Shown piece by piece: positions 59,382 to 64,000 of a stretch of 64,000 nucleotides of DNA. The DNA comes from Longimicrobiales bacterium (GTDB taxonomy: Bacteria; Gemmatimonadota; Gemmatimonadetes; Longimicrobiales; Gaopeijiaceae). The translations under genes and the position numbers were made by a program. The first letter of the stretch is position 1, and each line of letters begins with the position of its first letter. The stretch spans positions 1,504,001 through 1,568,000 of the forward strand of contig CAXXKM010000001.1 in the NCBI GenBank assembly GCA_963664435.2. Direction: 5' to 3'. The notes beneath the pieces are model-generated. The model saw only the letters and a program-made list of their open reading frames with translations, was not told the origin of the DNA and ran no database searches.

Positions 59382-59387
59382 TATAAT
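59382..59387 (+). promoter_or_regulatory. Candidate -10 element
   Basis: Perfect TATAAT in a divergent intergenic region upstream of the Yip1 gene; no clear -35. Confidence 0.4.
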
Positions 59388-59443
59388 GGTTCGAGCCGAC
59401 GGACCCCATCACACGCTCACCCATCGCACCGCAGGAGGATGCC

Positions 59444-60127
59444 ATGTCCGATTCATCGTCCCCGTCCCTGCCCTCGCTGCCCGGAAGAATCGTCGCGGTA
59501 TTCGTCTCCCCGGGCAGGCTGTTCGAGCAATTGCGCGACAAGCCCGTGTGGGGGGCTACCATGCTCCTTCTGGTGATACTGAACGTCATCATGATGTTTC
59601 TCATCCCCGCGGAGCTCTTCGAGGAGCAGATCCGGCGGAGCGTTGGGGATGCCGGAATGGGGGAGGACGAGATCGCCGTGGCGGTCACGGTCGGCCGTTA
59701 CGCCGGCATCGCAATGGCCGGCGTGATGGGCGCGGTCGGCAGCTTCATCATCGGCGCGGCCCTGTTCTTCGTCTTCTCCACGCTGCTCGGCGACAACGGT
59801 CGCTTCCGCCAGTATCTCTCCGTCGTCGTGCACGCGCTGTTGGTCTCTTCGGTGGGCGCCCTCATCCAGGTGCCCCTCAAGCGGAGCGCCGGCGACATGG
59901 AGCTGGTGCTCAGCCTGGGGACCTTCGCTCCGTTTCTGCAGGATGGTTTTCTCCTGAGCTTTCTGAGCGCCATCGGACTCTTCGGCATCTGGTGCGCGAT
60001 GCTGATGGCGATCGGCGTCACAAGGATCCAGCCCACGCGCGGCTGGGGCGGGGCGTTCACGGTCGTGATGGTGCTCTACTGCGTGTTCGCGCTGGGGACG
60101 GCGGCGATCACGTCGATGGTGTCATGA
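59444..60127 (+). CDS. Yip1-domain membrane protein
   Basis: SD GGAGGA; VF.SP..LFE.L..KP.W; about five TM segments. Confidence 0.8.
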   Translation: MSDSSSPSLPSLPGRIVAVFVSPGRLFEQLRDKPVWGATMLLLVILNVIMMFLIPAELFEEQIRRSVGDAGMGEDEIAVAVTVGRYAGIAMAGVMGAVGSFIIGAALFFVFSTLLGDNGRFRQYLSVVVHALLVSSVGALIQVPLKRSAGDMELVLSLGTFAPFLQDGFLLSFLSAIGLFGIWCAMLMAIGVTRIQPTRGWGGAFTVVMVLYCVFALGTAAITSMVS

Positions 60128-60205
60128 CGGAGGCGCTACTGGCGGCGCTGGCCTGAGACACCATCTTATACCGGCTTCACCGCATTCACCCGGGATCCCT
60201 CCGCG

Positions 60206-62086
60206 ATGATCCGATCCATCGTCCTCGCCATCGCCGTCATTGCGGCCTGCTACCACCTCTACGTGGCGGGAGTAGCGCCCTTCACCGCGCTCATCCAGCG
60301 TCCGGTCCACCTCGCGCTCATGGCGTCGCTCGGCTTCCTGGGCCTCGGGGTGCGCGGCGCGCGCGGCTTGTATCGGAAGCCCGGCACCGTGGAAGATCCC
60401 GAGCGCGGCTTCCCCGTGCGGCACGTGATTTCCCTGACGCTGCTGGTGGGGACGGTCCTCAGCTGCGCCTACCTCGTGTCGGAGAACGAGGCGCTGGTGA
60501 GCCGCTCTGCATCGCCCACCACGCTCGATCTGATCGCGGCCGCGATCACCCTGCTGGCGGTGCTGGAACTCGCGCGCCGGGCCACGGGGTGGGGCATCGT
60601 GGCGGTGGCGATCCTCTCCATCACCTACGCGCTCGCAGGACCCTGGCTGCCCGGCATTCTGGCCCACCGGGGGTACGGCCCGCAGCGGCTGCTGGAGCAG
60701 CTCTACCTCTCCACCGAGGGCATCTGGGGCATTCCGCTGGGGGTGTCCGCGGACTTCGTCTACCTGTTCGTGTTCTTCGGGGCGGTGCTGGACATGGCGG
60801 GCGGAGGGGCGCTCCTGATCGCGCTCGCCGACCGGGTCGCGGGGCGAACAAGGGGAGGGCCGGCGAAGACGGCGGCGGTCGCCAGCGCGTTCATGGGCTC
60901 TCTGTCGGGGAGCGCCGTGGCGAACGTGGTGACCACCGGCACCTTCACCATCCCGCTCATGCGCCGGGCCGGGTTCCGGCCCTTCTTCGCGGGCGCCATC
61001 GAGGCGGCGGCGAGCACGGGCGGGCAGCTCATGCCACCGGTAATGGGGGCGGGCGCGTTCATCCTCGCGACCTGGACCAACATCCCGTACCGCACGGTCG
61101 CGCTGGCGGCGGCCATCCCGGCCGTGCTCTACTACGTGGCCCTCTTCGCCGCCATCCACTTCCGGGCAGAGCAGCAGGGGCTCGACCCGGTGGTCGACAA
61201 GGACCGACCGTCGGTCATCAGCAAGCTGCACCTCCTTGTCCCGCTGCTGATCATCGTCGTGCTGCTGGCGCAGGGCCGTTCACCGATGCGCGCGGCCTTC
61301 TGGGGCGTGAGCACGGCGCTCCTGCTCTCGCTGGCGGTGCCTTCGACCCGCATGAAACGCAGCGACTACCTGAAGGCGACGCTCGCCGGAGCCTCGGGGG
61401 CCGTTCAGGTGGCGGCGGCGTGCGCGGCGGCGGGGATCGTCGTGGGGGTGGCGTCTCTGACCGGGATCGGGCTGCGCATGTCGGAGTTCATCGTCGTCAT
61501 CTCGCAGGGCCAGCTCTTCCCCGCGCTGCTGCTCACGGCGGCGGGCTCGATCATCCTGGGGATGGGGTTGCCGACGACTGCCGCGTACGTGGTCCTGGCC
61601 GCGCTCGGAGCTCCGGCGCTGGTCGAGCTGGGCGTGCCGCTGCTGGCCGCGCACCTGTTCATCTTCTACTTCGGCTGCATCTCCAACGTGACCCCACCGG
61701 TGTCGCTGGCGGCGTATGCAGCGGCCGGCGTGGCGTCCTCTCCACCCATGCGAACGGCGCTTACGGCGATGTTGCTGGCGATGGCCGGGTTCCTGGTGCC
61801 GTTCCTGTTCGTGTACGCGCCACCTCTCCTGCTGGAGGGATCCATCGTGGCGATCGTGCTCACCTCGGGAACGGGCGCCCTGGGCATCAGCGCCATGGCC
61901 GGAGCCGCGATCGGCTACATCCGAAGGCCGTTGGCGGTGTGGGAGCGCGCGGCGGTGGTGGTCGCCGGCGCGGCGCTCTTCGGGCCATCAGCGGTGCTCG
62001 ATGCCGTGGGGGCCGTCTTGGGAATCGGGCTCTGGATGTGGCTGGGACTCAAGCCGGAGGCCTCGGAGCCGACTCCTTCGGGCTGA
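60206..62086 (+). CDS. TRAP transporter fused permease (4TM/12TM, TAXI-associated)
   Basis: EGIWGIPL.VS, GGPAK.A..AS..MGS.SGSAVANV.TTG.FTIPLM, QLMPPVMGA.AF, TPPV.LA. Confidence 0.95.
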   Translation: MIRSIVLAIAVIAACYHLYVAGVAPFTALIQRPVHLALMASLGFLGLGVRGARGLYRKPGTVEDPERGFPVRHVISLTLLVGTVLSCAYLVSENEALVSRSASPTTLDLIAAAITLLAVLELARRATGWGIVAVAILSITYALAGPWLPGILAHRGYGPQRLLEQLYLSTEGIWGIPLGVSADFVYLFVFFGAVLDMAGGGALLIALADRVAGRTRGGPAKTAAVASAFMGSLSGSAVANVVTTGTFTIPLMRRAGFRPFFAGAIEAAASTGGQLMPPVMGAGAFILATWTNIPYRTVALAAAIPAVLYYVALFAAIHFRAEQQGLDPVVDKDRPSVISKLHLLVPLLIIVVLLAQGRSPMRAAFWGVSTALLLSLAVPSTRMKRSDYLKATLAGASGAVQVAAACAAAGIVVGVASLTGIGLRMSEFIVVISQGQLFPALLLTAAGSIILGMGLPTTAAYVVLAALGAPALVELGVPLLAAHLFIFYFGCISNVTPPVSLAAYAAAGVASSPPMRTALTAMLLAMAGFLVPFLFVYAPPLLLEGSIVAIVLTSGTGALGISAMAGAAIGYIRRPLAVWERAAVVVAGAALFGPSAVLDAVGAVLGIGLWMWLGLKPEASEPTPSG

Positions 62087-62171
62087 CGCAATCGCGAGTC
62101 GCGCGGCAGGGTTATACTTTGTCGCGAGTTTGTACGTTTGCGGCGGGCCACCCAGCTTCGCAGGAGACCCA

Positions 62172-63128
62172 GTGACCAGAAGAACCCTCATCGCGTGCGC
62201 TCTGATCGCGGCCCTGGCTGCCGCCGGATGTGGAGACGGATCCGGGGGAGGCAGGCAGTTCCGGAGCCTCGGCACCGCGGGCACCGGCGGCATCTACTAT
62301 CCGCTGGGCGGGACCATCGCGAGCCGCCTCTCGGTGCTCGACAGCACCAGCCAGTACACGGCCGAAGTGACGGGTGGATCGGTCGAGAACATCGCCCGCC
62401 TGAACGCGCGTCAGATGGACCTCGGCATCGCCCTTTCGGTCACCATGTACGAGGCCTACCGCGGCATCGGAGACTACGACGCGCCGATCGAGGGGCTGCG
62501 CGTGGTCGCGCCCCTGTATCCGAACATCACCCACGTGATGGTGCCCGAGGGATCCACGGTAACCGACATCTCCGAGCTGCGCGGAGGACGGGTGAGCGTG
62601 GGCTCGGCGGGAAGCGGCACGGAGCAGTCCTCGCGCCAGCTGCTGCTCGCCCACGGGATCAGCTACGACGACATCAACGTCCAGTATCTCACCTTCACCG
62701 AGTCGGCCAACGCGCTGCGGGACGGCGCCATCGACGGGTCCATCATCTCGGTCGGATACCCGGCCGCCGCCGTGCTCGAGGCCACCACCACCGGCGGGGC
62801 GCGCCTGCTCGCCCTCTCCGACGAAGCCATCGAGGCGATGACCTCCACCTATCCGTACTACTCGCGCGGATACCTCCCCGGGGGAATCTATCCGGGCGCG
62901 GACGAGCCGCTCCAGACCATCGCGATGATGAACTGGATTATCTCCATGGATCATCTGGAGGCACCGGTGGTGGACCATGTGCTCGGGATTCTGGAGAACG
63001 AGAGGGAGATCCTGGTCCGGGTCAGCCGCATGGTCGAGCAGGTGGACTTCGCCTTTCTGGATGACGCTCCCGTTCCGCTGCACTCGGCTACGGAGGCGTG
63101 GCTTGCCGGTCGGGGAGCAGACCGTTGA
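62172..63128 (+). CDS. TAXI-family TRAP solute-binding lipoprotein
   Basis: SD AGGAG + GTG; lipobox AAGC; GT...GG.YYPLG, T.GSVEN, G..GSGTE, PLH. Confidence 0.93.
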   Translation: MTRRTLIACALIAALAAAGCGDGSGGGRQFRSLGTAGTGGIYYPLGGTIASRLSVLDSTSQYTAEVTGGSVENIARLNARQMDLGIALSVTMYEAYRGIGDYDAPIEGLRVVAPLYPNITHVMVPEGSTVTDISELRGGRVSVGSAGSGTEQSSRQLLLAHGISYDDINVQYLTFTESANALRDGAIDGSIISVGYPAAAVLEATTTGGARLLALSDEAIEAMTSTYPYYSRGYLPGGIYPGADEPLQTIAMMNWIISMDHLEAPVVDHVLGILENEREILVRVSRMVEQVDFAFLDDAPVPLHSATEAWLAGRGADR

Positions 63129-63263
63129 GACGCGCGCGCTCCGCGACAGCGTCGGGATCGAACAGCTTCACATCAGCGGCCGGGCGTGCGCCTGCGGACC
63201 ACCGCGCGGCCGTCCGGGGGCGCTGATCGCGCTGGCGGAAGCTGCGGGCCGAGGGGAGGCTGC

Positions 63264-64000
63264 ATGATTCACTCACCCTCTGGATGCCGTGTCTCTCTGA
63301 CGCGGGCAATTGCACGGGGAACCACAGGGCTGATGGCCCTCGCCGCAGTCGCGTGTGGTCGAGGCGCCGAGGCGCCCGCGGACTTGATCCTTCTGGGCGG
63401 GGATGTCGTTACCATGGGATCCCCCGGGGTGGTAGAGGCGCTCGCGGTCAGGGGCGACCGGGTGGTGGCCGCCGGGACCTCGGAGGAGGTGCTCAGGCGG
63501 GCTGGCCCGACGACGCGGATGGTCGAACTGGCCGGGCGCACCGTCCTGCCCGGGCTGACCGACAATCACTACCACGGCATCGGGGGCGGTCCCGGCGTCG
63601 ACCTGTCCGGGGCGCGGTCGCTTCGGGACATCATCGACCGGATCGCGGCCGCCGCGCGCGCGACGCCGCCGGGCGAGGTGATCGTCACCAACTCGAACTG
63701 GCATGAAGGCCAGCTGAGCGAGCAGCGGCTCCCGTACCGCGACGATCTCGACCTGGCCGCGGCCCGGCACCCGGTGGTGGTGGTGCGCGGCGGCCACCAG
63801 TACGTGCTGAACAGCGCCGCGCTGGCGCACTGGGGGATCGACGAATCGACCCCGGAGGTCCCCGGTGGCCGCATCGGCCGCGACCCGGACGGCCGCCTGA
63901 ACGGCGAGCTGGTGGACCGCGCCAAGGACCTGGTCACCCTGCCGCCCATCCCCGCCCCCGACCCCACCGCCCTCCTCGACGACCTGGCCGCCGAGCACGC
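63264..64000 (+). CDS. Amidohydrolase 3 family lipoprotein; 3' truncated
   Basis: Frame from ATG 63264 (SD GGGGAGG) is missing from the ORF track because it runs off the window: AVAC lipobox, ADL.L.GG.V.T, EALAV.G.R, PGLTDNHYH. Confidence 0.88.
   Translation, partial: MIHSPSGCRVSLTRAIARGTTGLMALAAVACGRGAEAPADLILLGGDVVTMGSPGVVEALAVRGDRVVAAGTSEEVLRRAGPTTRMVELAGRTVLPGLTDNHYHGIGGGPGVDLSGARSLRDIIDRIAAAARATPPGEVIVTNSNWHEGQLSEQRLPYRDDLDLAAARHPVVVVRGGHQYVLNSAALAHWGIDESTPEVPGGRIGRDPDGRLNGELVDRAKDLVTLPPIPAPDPTALLDDLAAEH

Noticed and set aside
63284..63706. Listed 140-aa ORF, or a frameshifted last gene
   Set aside because: The real frame starts at 63264 and runs off the window as an amidohydrolase.

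Overview
High-GC bacterial chromosomal segment. Gene style (TonB receptor, cadherin/Ig-repeat lipoproteins, fused HK-RR, many exported amide hydrolases) suggests a Gram-negative heterotroph, possibly Gemmatimonadota; this is inference only. About 55 CDSs: a Lol-like ABC envelope operon, a cytoplasmic GAF-PAS-HK-REC-wHTH regulator, a lone PD-(D/E)XK nuclease with a SeqA-like C-terminus, a TPR/DUF4159/cytochrome c-PQQ dehydrogenase operon, a lower-GC accessory island (HNH remnant, poly-C-frameshifted beta-barrel, IS21-like end, paralogous Cys-motif lipoproteins), a TonB receptor, a sirtuin, two Ig-repeat lipoproteins, amidases and a glycosylasparaginase, DUF1326/DUF2182 split by hicAB, feoAB with a Fur-like box, a MoxR/DUF58/VWA (Bat-like) operon, an M28/GlcF/GNAT/flavoprotein/NSAR operon, an orphan PilB/GspE ATPase and a TAXI-TRAP transporter. 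No rRNA, tRNA or CRISPR array was recognised. The most unusual pattern: many intra-operon spacers are exactly filled by tiny ORFs that overlap the upstream stop and the downstream start (ATGA/GTGA/TGATG), sometimes chained, and often built from tandem duplications of gene ends or starts. All calls are by eye, without database searches.
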